Below are positions 19,275 through 29,550 of a stretch of DNA of 64,000 bases, piece after piece. The DNA is from a virus. Taxonomy: Duplodnaviria > Heunggongvirae > Uroviricota > Caudoviricetes. The position numbers and the translations under genes were made by a program. The DNA lies in IMG/VR virus record IMGVR_UViG_3300001199_000003, positions 58,537 through 122,536 of that record. One strand, given 5' to 3'. The notes under the pieces are model-generated. The model did no database searches and had not been told where the DNA came from. It saw nothing but the letters and a program-made list of their open reading frames with translations. The first letter of the stretch is position 1, and every line of letters begins with the position of its first letter.

Positions 19275-20198
19275 ATGATTAAAATTGGGTCACTTTTTAG
19301 CGGTGTTTCAGGCTTAGAGCTTGAGCTTCTAAAACGTCCAGATTTTGAGCTAGTATTCGTGGCAGACCCTGATAAGTTCTGCTCTCAGGTTTTGGCTTAC
19401 CATCATCCTAGGGCTCGCAATTTAGGATCTGTGACAGAGGTCGATTACAATACTGTCCCTGATTGTGACATGATCATGGGCGGAACCTCTTGTCAGAACT
19501 TCTCTTATCAAGGCGACAAGAAAGGCCTAGAGGGCGTGAAGTCTAAACTGTTCTATGATTTCGCAAAAATCATCCAGTTTAAGCAGCCTAAATATGTAGT
19601 TTGGGAAAACGTATTTGGGGCCTATACTCACAGTGATTTTCAAATTGTAAAGGAAATATTCAATGAAATCGGATACGAAATCGACTACGGTATCTTTAAC
19701 TCAGCAGTCTTTGCAAGAACAATTCAGCAACGGCAGCGAATCATCCTCCTTGCCACGCGTAAAGACCTTAACCAAGTTAGACTTGATCGCACAATACCTA
19801 GTCTCGAACTCGGTCAAGAGATGCAAGATCTCCAAAAGCGACTGGTCGGGGTTAGCAAGTCTCATCGAGAAGAAAAAGTAGACAGAGAAGGAAACATCAT
19901 CGAAGAAGGTAAGATCGAGGTTCGTTTGAACCATGGCTTAGCCAATACTCTTGTGACTGGATGGGGATGCGCCGGAGTTAGCACTAAAAACTACACCGTA
20001 GGCGAAGATGGCACTTTAAGCGAACTTACCGTCAACGAAGCAGAACTTCTCATGACTTGGCCAAAAGATTGGACTAGGTACGGTTTTAAAGATGGAGAAG
20101 TTGTTGAGATACCTACTGCTCAGCGCTATAAAATGTGCGGAAACGGTGTAGTGTCTGAGGTTGTTGGAAACATATTTAAAAATTTGGAGTTAGTATGA
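19275..20198 (+). CDS. DNA cytosine-5 methyltransferase
   Basis: Motif I FSGVSGLE, motif IV GGTSCQNFS (TSCQ where the canonical motif is PCQ), motif VI WENV. Confidence 0.65.
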   Translation: MIKIGSLFSGVSGLELELLKRPDFELVFVADPDKFCSQVLAYHHPRARNLGSVTEVDYNTVPDCDMIMGGTSCQNFSYQGDKKGLEGVKSKLFYDFAKIIQFKQPKYVVWENVFGAYTHSDFQIVKEIFNEIGYEIDYGIFNSAVFARTIQQRQRIILLATRKDLNQVRLDRTIPSLELGQEMQDLQKRLVGVSKSHREEKVDREGNIIEEGKIEVRLNHGLANTLVTGWGCAGVSTKNYTVGEDGTLSELTVNEAELLMTWPKDWTRYGFKDGEVVEIPTAQRYKMCGNGVVSEVVGNIFKNLELV

Positions 20199-20369
20199 AA
20201 CAAGATATCGCAGATGCCTTGCAGGAAGCGACAGATTTACTTACAGAAGCGTTAGATTTACTATCAAACGCTGGACCTAACCCTCTTTGCATTAGTGAAA
20301 CTGAGTATTACGACAGATTAGATAAGCTTAGAGAAAATTGCGGAACAGATATAGACGAGGAAGAATAAT

Positions 20370-21014
20370 ATGAGTCAACTTTATATGCCGTGGGATACAG
20401 AGACTGGTGGATTAAACGAAAATACCGCCGATCTTCTAACTGGTTATTTTTGTATCATGACTGAAGACTATCAGATCCTGGACGAATTGGATCTGAAGCT
20501 TAAACCGGACGGTGGCCGTCTTCCTATTGCTGAAAAGGGCGCTCTTGATGTTAATAAAATCAATATCGCTGAGCATTTGGCTAATCCAGCTACCGTGACA
20601 TACTCTGAAGGCCGAGCACAGCTCCAGGCTATGATTAAGAAGCATCTTAAGCGTAATGGTCGATATTCAAACATAACTCCGATGGGATATAACTGCCCTT
20701 TCGATATTCGCTGGACTCAGAAACATCTTTTTGAGCAGGATCTTTGGCAGTCACTTCTTCATTATAAGAACCATGACGTTATGGGTGTCGTAGATACTCT
20801 TAAGAAATACGGTCTTTTCCCTAAAACTTTAGGATCTCTATCTTCGGTTGTTGAGTACCTTGGCGTACCTACCCGTGGCGCGCACAATGCCAAAGAAGAT
20901 ACTTTGATGACAATTGACGTTGATAAGAAGCTTGCAGAATTCTTTAAGAGTCTGAAAGCTGGCGGCGGAGCAGGTGCTGGAACGGATCTAATCACCCTTT
21001 TAGAGGCGGAATAA
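20370..21014 (+). CDS. DEDD-family 3'-5' exonuclease (DnaQ-like)
   Basis: WDTETGGL exo motif I and C-terminal HNAKEDTLMT (HxAxxD motif III). Confidence 0.55.
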   Translation: MSQLYMPWDTETGGLNENTADLLTGYFCIMTEDYQILDELDLKLKPDGGRLPIAEKGALDVNKINIAEHLANPATVTYSEGRAQLQAMIKKHLKRNGRYSNITPMGYNCPFDIRWTQKHLFEQDLWQSLLHYKNHDVMGVVDTLKKYGLFPKTLGSLSSVVEYLGVPTRGAHNAKEDTLMTIDVDKKLAEFFKSLKAGGGAGAGTDLITLLEAE

Positions 21015-21170
21015 TATGTACGTTTTACTTATCATTCTTTCATTGAACTACAGTGGAAAAGCTTTGACTTCTCAATCTATCCCATTCGCAACTAAAGCGC
21101 TATGTGAAGAAGCTAAAAGCGAAGTCACAGGAAGCAGTGTTATCTATTCAGCTGATAAGACTACGGTTTT

Positions 21171-21446
21171 GTGCTTAAAAGCAAAATAGCCCTCATCTCG
21201 CTTTTGGCTCTATCTGGATGCCAGCGTAATCCTGGCCCATTCAGGGCTACTGTTAGCTATAAATTAAATATTCCACTTGAAACTAGAATAATGGCATCTT
21301 CCAGCGAACATGGATATTTTAGTGTTTACAATTCTCCATTCTTTGATACAATTCATTACGGAGATAAGGTAATTGCTAAATGTAAATACATGAGCGGGAT
21401 TTTCGGAGGACCATACAGATGTCAGATACTGGAAAAGGTAAGATAG
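21171..21446 (+). CDS. small lipoprotein
   Basis: Signal peptide with lipobox LALSGC. GTG start. Confidence 0.45.
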   Translation: MLKSKIALISLLALSGCQRNPGPFRATVSYKLNIPLETRIMASSSEHGYFSVYNSPFFDTIHYGDKVIAKCKYMSGIFGGPYRCQILEKVR

Positions 21447-21823
21447 ATCTTACTCAACTTGTGAAAATTCTTAACCTGACACAGTCCGATTCGGATGGCG
21501 AAGCTCTTAATGCTTTGCGTATGGCAAATTCTAAGCTCAAAGCTGCCGGTCTCACCTGGCAAGATATCTTATCTCCCACTTATCAGCCTAAAAAAGAAGT
21601 AGAACGTCCTTATAAGTTTAAAGAAGCTCCACACACTTTCAATGCAGGTTTCTTTAGGAATGCCGTTACAAGAGATGAATTTATCAATGTTTTATCTAAA
21701 GAACAGCATAAGTGGATAAACTCTCTAATCGACTACTATAACGATCATCATTATTTGCCACATAAAACCTGGACAACTTTCACTGAGTTGTGGTATAATT
21801 TTAGAGAAGCTTATAGGGGATAA
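21419..21823 (+). CDS. hypothetical protein
   Basis: Track ORF. Confidence 0.45.
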   Translation: MSDTGKGKIDLTQLVKILNLTQSDSDGEALNALRMANSKLKAAGLTWQDILSPTYQPKKEVERPYKFKEAPHTFNAGFFRNAVTRDEFINVLSKEQHKWINSLIDYYNDHHYLPHKTWTTFTELWYNFREAYRG

Positions 21824-21825
21824 CT

Positions 21826-22044
21826 ATGACAGTTTGGGTTCTTACTGCAGAACATAATGATTACGACCAACACGGTGAGTATTTCATTAATGTTTTCTAT
21901 AAAAAACCAGATGTTATTCAGATCTCAGCTATTTTAGGCGAGGAAGTTTCTTTCGAGTATTGTCAACATATCGTCGATAAAGGCGGTAGGACCGATAAAA
22001 TGGAAAACGTGTGGTATAACTTAACAGAGGTAACGCCGCTATGA
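21826..22044 (+). CDS. hypothetical protein
   Basis: Track ORF. Confidence 0.4.
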   Translation: MTVWVLTAEHNDYDQHGEYFINVFYKKPDVIQISAILGEEVSFEYCQHIVDKGGRTDKMENVWYNLTEVTPL

Positions 22045-22310
22045 AGAAAGACCGATCAAATTTTACCAATGAAGAGCTGATCGCAGAGATCGAATACTTT
22101 GAGAAGGACAAGGCTGAGCTTGAAAGACGAATCAAGACTGCCAGAGATGAAGGTCGGAAAGAAGGTCTTAATACTCTTAAATCTAAAATTTACCCACTTT
22201 ACACTACTTGTTTTACCGATAAGGGTTGGATTGGGTATGCTAATTTGAACACGGCTAATGTAGGCAAGAAACTTCTAGAATTACTTGCAACATTTCATGG
22301 AGAATTCTAA
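22041..22310 (+). CDS. hypothetical protein
   Basis: Track ORF with overlapping start and stop. Confidence 0.4.
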   Translation: MKKDRSNFTNEELIAEIEYFEKDKAELERRIKTARDEGRKEGLNTLKSKIYPLYTTCFTDKGWIGYANLNTANVGKKLLELLATFHGEF

Positions 22311-22696
22311 TGAGACATAGGATTGTAACCGGTACTGGGTTTGGTAATTCAGCTCCAGTTCTTCTGGACAATAAAGGCACGATCAACGCATTGTTCGCTT
22401 TAGATGCTCTTAAAGAATACTTTCAGCGCGAGGAAGGGTTTGACTTCCAGCTCAATAAGAATTACGTAAATATTGGCCTCGAACCAGCCTATCAATACGA
22501 GCGCCTAAAGATTATTTCAATCAATAAAGACAAAGATAAGTCATTTATCATGACCGGAAAAGCCTGGGGCCCATACGGATCTCAGATTGCGAAGAGCCAA
22601 AAATCTTATGCAGAATACAAATACAACAGCAAGTTCGTGAAATTTGTCGATAAATGGCATGAGGTATTGTTTGGCACGAACAAAAAAGGGCGCTAA
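22310..22696 (+). CDS. hypothetical protein
   Basis: Track ORF. Confidence 0.45.
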   Translation: MRHRIVTGTGFGNSAPVLLDNKGTINALFALDALKEYFQREEGFDFQLNKNYVNIGLEPAYQYERLKIISINKDKDKSFIMTGKAWGPYGSQIAKSQKSYAEYKYNSKFVKFVDKWHEVLFGTNKKGR

Positions 22697-22824
22697 AGGC
22701 TCAGGCTACGAATATTGGGGAAAGCGACCAGGGAACATGTATTCTCCTGGTAGGAGAGCTAAGAAGCTAACACATAAGATCGAAAGATTGCGAAGTAAGC
22801 TTTTAGCTAAAAAGGAGAAAGATA

Positions 22825-23307
22825 ATGAAACGAAGTAACGGATTTGTACTATTTTGGGGAGGACCTTTCTCTCAATGGTATCCACATAAAATGACTATTA
22901 ACGGCGTAGAATATAACTGTTGTGAGCAGTACATGATGGCTGAAAAAGCCCGTACCTTCGGAGACGCTGAAGCTTTGGAAGCAATTATGAAGTCTTCAGA
23001 TCCTAAGTATCAGAAAGCCGTAGGTCGCGGTGTTAAAAATTTCAATCCACATATCTGGGAAAAAATAGCAATGGACGTGGTTCTTAGAGCCAATATTGCT
23101 AAGTTCTCAGATCCAGAGCTTAAGAAATTCCTCTTTAGTTTTGGCAATGAAGAGATCGTTGAAGCTAGCCCTTACGATAAGATTTGGGGTATCGGCCTTT
23201 CTGAAAACGATCCAGATGCTTTAGATAAGACTAAATGGCAAGGACAAAACCTGCTTGGCGAAGCTATTATGCAAGCTCGCGAAGTATTAAAAAATTCGGT
23301 GGCTTAA
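22825..23307 (+). CDS. NADAR (YbiA/DUF1768) domain protein
   Basis: FWGGPFSQWYP...VEYNCCEQYMMAEKARTFGD...IWGIG fits the NADAR family pattern. Confidence 0.7.
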   Translation: MKRSNGFVLFWGGPFSQWYPHKMTINGVEYNCCEQYMMAEKARTFGDAEALEAIMKSSDPKYQKAVGRGVKNFNPHIWEKIAMDVVLRANIAKFSDPELKKFLFSFGNEEIVEASPYDKIWGIGLSENDPDALDKTKWQGQNLLGEAIMQAREVLKNSVA

Positions 23308-23308
23308 C

Positions 23309-23692
23309 ATGAGACAAACTAGTATTGATGCCTATAATAGTATTAGAGATTCCGGTGCTTTAGGCACTTTAAGATGGAAAGTTTACGATTACATCTTCAA
23401 TCATGGCCCAGTCTCAATGATGGAAGCTAACCTAGCCTTAAACGACGATAAATACTCAAATGGAAGCTATACTTCCAGATTTGCAGAACTTCGCCATGCT
23501 GGAGTTATCCACGAAGTTGGAAAACATAAATGTCCACATACCGGCAGAACTGCTACTTTATGGGACGTTACTGGCCGCCTTCCTAGGATTTTAACTAAGA
23601 GAGAAGTTATTCTGGAAAAAATTGAAGCAGCTAAAGCCAAATTAGCCAGAGTAGAGCAGGAATTGCTAGACTTTGATATGGGGAACACATGA
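23309..23692 (+). CDS. hypothetical protein
   Basis: Track ORF. Confidence 0.45.
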   Translation: MRQTSIDAYNSIRDSGALGTLRWKVYDYIFNHGPVSMMEANLALNDDKYSNGSYTSRFAELRHAGVIHEVGKHKCPHTGRTATLWDVTGRLPRILTKREVILEKIEAAKAKLARVEQELLDFDMGNT

Positions 23693-24087
23693 AATATAGC
23701 AAGTTTAAGATTTTCTCAGCAGTTCTTCTTGTTGGACAAGGATTCTACTACGCAATCACTCAGCCTGGTCCAATGGATTCCGTGAACGCTATCATCCACG
23801 GATTTATCTTGGCTTCACTGTTTGTTATCGAAGATCCTAAGCCAGAAAAGCAGGAAGAATGAAACATATTTTTTTCCACTTGCCTTTCTGCTTGATCTCA
23901 TGTACTGTGATCCATATCGTGGACTATAAGTTCCATCTGTTTGATAAGTTGATCGCTTTCTTGGTAGGGCTAGGAATACTGTGAAATTTTTATATATTGT
24001 GGTAGTTACAGCTATGCTTGGATTCTGTTGCTATGAAGCAGCGAAGTTGCTAGCTGAAATGTTTATGATCTGCTTGGAGACAATGCG

Positions 24088-24333
24088 ATGAAAAATAAGT
24101 ATATTTTGAGAATTAACGGCGTAACATACGCAGGACCTTTTACTTGTCCCATTTATAGAATTTTTAGGTTAGATAAGGACGCTCCAAACTATAAAGATCA
24201 GATCCAAAAATTGTTTGAGCTTCCTGGTGGAACAATTGATGTTACAGAATTGGACGGAACAGTAGTTAACCACGGATTAAGATTGATTGCTGCCGAGAGA
24301 TCTTCCGATGGATTTGAATTAAGGACTTCTTAA
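24088..24333 (+). CDS. hypothetical protein
   Basis: Track ORF. Confidence 0.4.
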   Translation: MKNKYILRINGVTYAGPFTCPIYRIFRLDKDAPNYKDQIQKLFELPGGTIDVTELDGTVVNHGLRLIAAERSSDGFELRTS

Positions 24334-27300
24334 ATGAAAGTTAGCCCACATACACATGCAGAGTCACCTCTAACCGGTTCAACCCTGGCGACTTTAGTGA
24401 AATCCGCAAAGACACTTGGACGAACTCACTTCGCCTACACGGATCACGGCCACTTAAGCTCTGCGCTTAAAGCCTACAATCAAGTTAAAAAAGCTGGTCT
24501 GAAATTCATTCCAGGAATTGAGATCTATTTTAAAGATACTATGTGTCCGTTAGTTGCTGGTACTCCTGTTGACCGTTGTAAGTATTTTACAACAACTATC
24601 TATTGCCAGGACCAAGCCTCCTATCAAGAACTTTGTAAGATAGTTTCCCGTACTGATATGCCTACTATGGAATTCTACGAAGAAAGTCAGCAATTATGGC
24701 GTTGGGAAGATCTTGAGCAGATGGCCAAATTCAACACACAGATCGTCCTTTCGGGCGTTCACTGTATGGTCGGTAAAGCTATGCTTGCCGGTAAAGCCGA
24801 TATTGGGGAGAAAATTTTGACCCGATTACAGGGTTTATTCGGGTCACGCCTATCAGTTGCTATTTTGGCTGAACCTTGGCTTAAGAAATTCTCACAGGTT
24901 ATTGAAATCAAATATGAAGATGGTACGTCAGATTCCATCCTGGCAACAGATAGTGTTTCTACCGACCGTGCTCGTTCTATACGAGCAAAAGATCTATGTG
25001 AGCCGTTTAGTCGTCATAAGCACATCAAGTCTAAGTCGGTCGGAATGATGAGTTCCGAAGTCAATAAAGATATTAAGAAGGCTACTTTACATAAAGGGTT
25101 CCTACCTTTGCCTGGCGGAGATGCTTCTTTGAAGGTAAACCGCTTTCTCGCTGCTTTGGCTAACAAGCACGGGATCAATATTTTAGTCACCGATTACGCT
25201 TATTACGCAAATAAAGAAGATAAAATCGTTCAAACCATGCGTTTAGAAGGTAATAATAAGCTTCAGCCAAATCTTCACATGAAGAATGAACAAGAAGTTA
25301 TGGATTATCTCACGGTAACTATGGGATTTCCAGCTGAAAAAGCTAAATCTATCATCGAAAACAACGAAAAATGGGCTGAAAAGTTCAATGATTTCAAAAT
25401 AACCTATGCTTGGCGTCTTGCTGAGGTCGAAGGTTCGCAATCTGCCATTAAAACTGCCATGGATATCGTTAAAGACAATAGTCGAATGCGTTGGAATGAT
25501 CCAAAATACGTTGAAAGACTTAAAGAAGAGCTGGCTGTAATTCACTCAAACGGTGTTTACGATCTTGCCCCATATTTCTTACCGATCCATGCCGTTCTTG
25601 ATCACTATCGCAGAAACGGATTGTTGACTGGCCCTGGACGGGGTTCTGCCGGTGGATCTCTTTTGTGTTATTTAATGGGGATCACTCAGATTGATCCATT
25701 CGATTTTGACCTACCATTCCAGCGATTCTTCTCGATGGTCCGTATTAAGAGTAAAAAACTTCCAGATATCGACGTGGATTTAGAGGGCCGAGAATTGCTC
25801 GTAGGCGAGGACGGACATTCTGGCTACCTTTACGGCCGATGGGGCAACAAAGCTGCTCAGATCAGTACCAGAACCACAATCAGGCTAAAATCAGCCATCC
25901 TAGACACTAACCGTTATTTCAATGGTAAGGTTGAGGATTCAATCGCTGCCCTTTCCAAGGGTCTCCCTACGCCTCCACAGGGTGTAACGGATCACCAATT
26001 CGTATTTGGCTATGAAGACTCAGATGAAAACCATATCGACGGTCTAATCGAAGTAAACGATGATCTTCGTAAATATTCAATAGATCGGCCAAAAGAGTGG
26101 GAGATTGTGTCGAAGGCAATGGGTCTCACAAGAGCCTATTCTAAACACGCATCGGCATTCGTTATTGCAGATGTTCCTATTCAAGATGTTATCCCTACTA
26201 AAGATGGAAACATCACGCAATATGAAGCTAAAGAAGTTGAGGAAGCCGGTCTGATTAAGTACGACTTCCTAGTTGTTAAGCAGCTCAAAGATATTCGAGT
26301 TGCTATGGAACTGATCAATAAGAAAAATAAAGCAACTAAAACTGTAGGGTATTTTGACCACAACGGTCAAGAGCTTTACGTCTGGAAACTCCCTCAAGAG
26401 GGCGATGTTTACCGGTCAATCTGGAATGGTCAAACTGAGACTCTATTTCAGATCAATACGGCTTCTATGCGACCGTTTGTGGTTGATATGTTACCTGAAA
26501 ACATGATGGACGTTGCCACCCTTCTTGGTCTAGTGCGACCAGGACCTATGGACTTTATCGACGAAGATACTGGCCGAAACATGGTTGAAGAGTACATGCT
26601 CCTTCGTAAGAAAGAGATTGATCCTAAGATCAAAGAAATGTACGAGCTTCTTCCAGAGACTTTCGGGATTTTAGTATTCCAAGAGCAGCTTGGTACAATT
26701 GCTAGAAAGCTAGCAGGATTCTCAGGAGAGGACGCAGAGTTACTCCGAGAAAATATGGCCAAAAAGAAGATGGTCGAACTTTTGAAAATGAAGCCTGCTT
26801 TTATGGAAGGTGCTGTCAAGAATATTGACCCAGCTATTGCCGAGAAGATCTGGGAATCAATGGTGACGTTCGGTCGTTACGGATTCTCGGTAATTCACGC
26901 CGTTGAATACGCACATATTACCTACGCTTGTATGTTCTTAAAATACCACTATCCCTTAGAATGGTGGGCTGCAGTTCTTACGAACGCGACCGAACAAGAG
27001 ATCACCGGTAAGTTTTGGCCATTCGTAAAAGACATCGTTTCACCTCCAGACATTAACTTGTCTTCGGATACTATGGCAGTGGATTACGCTAACGGACTAT
27101 TGCGTTCAAAACTCGGGATTATCCGTGGTATGGGCGAGAAGACTATTGATCCAATCGTTTCTGGCCGCCCTTATGCGGATATCCAGGATTACGTGAACAA
27201 AGATGTTGCAGGCGAAAGCTTAACTCACAAATTAATTCACGTTGGCGTATTGGATTCTCTATTTCCTCCTAAGTCTGGACTGTACGATAAGTTGAAGCTT

Positions 27301-27891
27301 TATCAGCAAGCTATTCAGAATAAAGCCTACGAAGACAAACTTGCTAAGGCTACCGCTGAAGGTAAGAGAATGCGTCAGACAGCTCCGAAAGAAGGGCAGA
27401 TCCCAGAGGATTATCTGAACATTCCACCAATCAAAGATGTGGCAATGAGAAAAGCAGTTCTACCGTCTCTCCCTGTAGATCTATTTAGTCTAGGTGCTAA
27501 GTATTCTAAAGTGCTAGATCCATTTTCGGATAGACCAGCAGTTAGATCACGCCAAGGCTATAAAACTCTTCTGTTAAATGGTGAGAAACTACGTCGTTTA
27601 GATGAGCTTGAAGGATTAATGGTCGAGGAAGATATTTATATCGCCGCTACCTGTTTTGTATTGGAAGCTAAAGAATTTGCCTATGCTAAGAATACCAAAA
27701 AAGCTCTCAAATTAATGCTTGACGCAGATGGCTATGTCTCAGAAAAGGTATTATGGCCAGAGTATGAAAGTGGAAACCTAGTTTACCCTTCTACTCTTAA
27801 GAAAGGTGCTATCGCTACGGTTTTTTTCAGGAAAAAGACCGGCAGAAAAGATATGTCGATCATGAACATAGTGGTAGAAACAGATACTTGA
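24334..27891 (+). CDS. dnaE: DNA polymerase III alpha subunit (DnaE-type, PHP domain)
   Basis: N-terminal PHP motifs HTHAES...YTDHGHLSS...IPGIEIY. Conserved polymerase block GPGRGSAGGSLLCYLMGITQIDP. 1185 aa. Confidence 0.85.
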   Translation: MKVSPHTHAESPLTGSTLATLVKSAKTLGRTHFAYTDHGHLSSALKAYNQVKKAGLKFIPGIEIYFKDTMCPLVAGTPVDRCKYFTTTIYCQDQASYQELCKIVSRTDMPTMEFYEESQQLWRWEDLEQMAKFNTQIVLSGVHCMVGKAMLAGKADIGEKILTRLQGLFGSRLSVAILAEPWLKKFSQVIEIKYEDGTSDSILATDSVSTDRARSIRAKDLCEPFSRHKHIKSKSVGMMSSEVNKDIKKATLHKGFLPLPGGDASLKVNRFLAALANKHGINILVTDYAYYANKEDKIVQTMRLEGNNKLQPNLHMKNEQEVMDYLTVTMGFPAEKAKSIIENNEKWAEKFNDFKITYAWRLAEVEGSQSAIKTAMDIVKDNSRMRWNDPKYVERLKEELAVIHSNGVYDLAPYFLPIHAVLDHYRRNGLLTGPGRGSAGGSLLCYLMGITQIDPFDFDLPFQRFFSMVRIKSKKLPDIDVDLEGRELLVGEDGHSGYLYGRWGNKAAQISTRTTIRLKSAILDTNRYFNGKVEDSIAALSKGLPTPPQGVTDHQFVFGYEDSDENHIDGLIEVNDDLRKYSIDRPKEWEIVSKAMGLTRAYSKHASAFVIADVPIQDVIPTKDGNITQYEAKEVEEAGLIKYDFLVVKQLKDIRVAMELINKKNKATKTVGYFDHNGQELYVWKLPQEGDVYRSIWNGQTETLFQINTASMRPFVVDMLPENMMDVATLLGLVRPGPMDFIDEDTGRNMVEEYMLLRKKEIDPKIKEMYELLPETFGILVFQEQLGTIARKLAGFSGEDAELLRENMAKKKMVELLKMKPAFMEGAVKNIDPAIAEKIWESMVTFGRYGFSVIHAVEYAHITYACMFLKYHYPLEWWAAVLTNATEQEITGKFWPFVKDIVSPPDINLSSDTMAVDYANGLLRSKLGIIRGMGEKTIDPIVSGRPYADIQDYVNKDVAGESLTHKLIHVGVLDSLFPPKSGLYDKLKLYQQAIQNKAYEDKLAKATAEGKRMRQTAPKEGQIPEDYLNIPPIKDVAMRKAVLPSLPVDLFSLGAKYSKVLDPFSDRPAVRSRQGYKTLLLNGEKLRRLDELEGLMVEEDIYIAATCFVLEAKEFAYAKNTKKALKLMLDADGYVSEKVLWPEYESGNLVYPSTLKKGAIATVFFRKKTGRKDMSIMNIVVETDT

Positions 27892-27907
27892 CAGGTAAAA
27901 CCGAAAG

Positions 27908-28714
27908 GTGTATTCTAATAGTATGAAAAAACTACTTATCATTCTAATGATCGCTTTACTTGGATGTACTGAAAAGCCTAAAGCTCCTACGCAGGAGACC
28001 AAAGTAGAATCTGCTCAAATGCGTAAGAAGAAAAAGCGCTACATTTGTGGCGAGAAAACTGTCGTAGTAGCCGTGATTGATACTGGGTTTAGTTTTTCCG
28101 ATCTCACTAAAAATGTAAGACTTTGCAATGAAGGTCACAGAGATTTTAGCGGAATGAACGAATTCGATAATCGTTACACTAAAACTCCAGTTCCTACCGA
28201 TAGCGATAAAGATTTTCATGGAACAAATATAGCTGGCTTGATCCAAGACTTTGGCTCTTATGCTAATTTCTGTATGGTAATTATCAAATATTATGATCCA
28301 AAAGCCACAGGTCAACAGAGCTTAGAAGCCAGTATCGCCGCAGTTAAATATGCAACTGACATTAAAGCGGATTACATTAACTATTCTAGTGGTGGCCAAT
28401 TATCTAATGATGCTGAGAATGTAGTCATTAAAGCGTATTTAGATCAAGGTGGAAAATTTATAGCTGCTGCTGGTAACGAAGCAGAGAATACAGATATTGC
28501 TCCTTTCTATCCTGCTATGTCAGATCCACGCATCGTATCTGTTGGTAGCACGGACATGTACGGCAAAAGACTTCCAACCTCTAATTACGGACCTAAAGTT
28601 ACTACGTGGGAAATTGGAGATAAGATGAAAGCTTTTGGAATCGTTAGAACTGGAACCAGTCAAGCAGCTGCTATTGTAACAGGTAAAACACTTAGAAAAG
28701 AATGTATCAAATAA
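27908..28714 (+). CDS. subtilisin-like (S8) serine protease lipoprotein
   Basis: Lipobox LLGC. Asp VAVIDTG, His DFHGTNIAG and Ser GTSQAAAIVTG catalytic blocks. Confidence 0.55.
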   Translation: MYSNSMKKLLIILMIALLGCTEKPKAPTQETKVESAQMRKKKKRYICGEKTVVVAVIDTGFSFSDLTKNVRLCNEGHRDFSGMNEFDNRYTKTPVPTDSDKDFHGTNIAGLIQDFGSYANFCMVIIKYYDPKATGQQSLEASIAAVKYATDIKADYINYSSGGQLSNDAENVVIKAYLDQGGKFIAAAGNEAENTDIAPFYPAMSDPRIVSVGSTDMYGKRLPTSNYGPKVTTWEIGDKMKAFGIVRTGTSQAAAIVTGKTLRKECIK

Positions 28715-28717
28715 TTG

Positions 28718-28746
28718 TTGCATTGTTTTATAAAAAGCATTATAGT
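28718..28746 (+). promoter_or_regulatory. sigma-70-like promoter TTGCAT-17-TATAGT
   Basis: Intergenic, upstream of the gene at 28766. Confidence 0.35.
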
Positions 28747-28765
28747 CGTTTCTTAAGGAGAAATT

Positions 28766-29536
28766 ATGTCATTACAGACCGTCCTAGCAGAGATTAAAAA
28801 GGTTAAGGTATTTGCCGAAGAAGATACCAACACAGGCGAAGCTGCAACACTCAATGCTCGTCGTGGGCGTAAGAACCAAGCTATCGAACAGCTTAAGCGT
28901 TTGAAGCGTGACTATAAGCAACAGCTTATTCAGAACACAGTCTTCATTATCGCTACCGGTTCAGAACGTGAAGCTTTCACTCAAACTGCTATTGAGGGTG
29001 GGCTGTTTGCGGCTGATCCTGAAGCTTTCTATAAAGATCTAGCTAAGCGAGTTCCAGAAGTTCTATATAAGGGAAAAGAAGGCGTATCAAACATCTTCGA
29101 CGTTCTTGGTCGTCACCTTGAAGACAAAATGATGGAACTTGACATCAACGAATATAACCAACTTCTCTTCAAAGCTCAGTATGCTCAGAAGATTGAATCA
29201 GTTGACGATTTCGCTCAACTAATTAAGAAAGCTATTAATGACCAAATTGGATCAGAGATTGTAGGTGTTCAAGCCATCGACTCTTTGGTTGACGAAGCCA
29301 TTGAGAGAAACCACTCTGATAAGTACACTCCGGTAATTTTAACCACAAACGATGAGGCATTCGCTGTCCAGCTTTCTCGTGATCTTGAGCGTCTAACTAC
29401 ACGAGTGTTCATGGCTGTAAGCGGAGAAGGTAATGAAACTCTAAAAAACCTTGACGGCGCTCTTATTTTGAGCGAAGTTAGTAAGGAATCAGTTAAAGCT
29501 GCAATTAAAGAAATGCGTAAAAACCTCAGAAAATAG
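28766..29536 (+). CDS. hypothetical protein
   Basis: Track ORF with an AAGGAG RBS. A sigma-70-like promoter lies upstream. Confidence 0.5.
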   Translation: MSLQTVLAEIKKVKVFAEEDTNTGEAATLNARRGRKNQAIEQLKRLKRDYKQQLIQNTVFIIATGSEREAFTQTAIEGGLFAADPEAFYKDLAKRVPEVLYKGKEGVSNIFDVLGRHLEDKMMELDINEYNQLLFKAQYAQKIESVDDFAQLIKKAINDQIGSEIVGVQAIDSLVDEAIERNHSDKYTPVILTTNDEAFAVQLSRDLERLTTRVFMAVSGEGNETLKNLDGALILSEVSKESVKAAIKEMRKNLRK

Positions 29537-29550
29537 AATCAATAAACCTT

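Noticed and set aside
21016-21189. 57-aa ORF MYVLLIILSL...
   Set aside because: Overlaps the better-supported lipoprotein gene starting at 21171 (clear lipobox). Kept out of the feature list.
22644-22838. 64-aa basic ORF bridging 22696-22825
   Set aside because: Overlaps both neighbours in another frame. An internal Met version (about 33 aa) is possible but unsupported.
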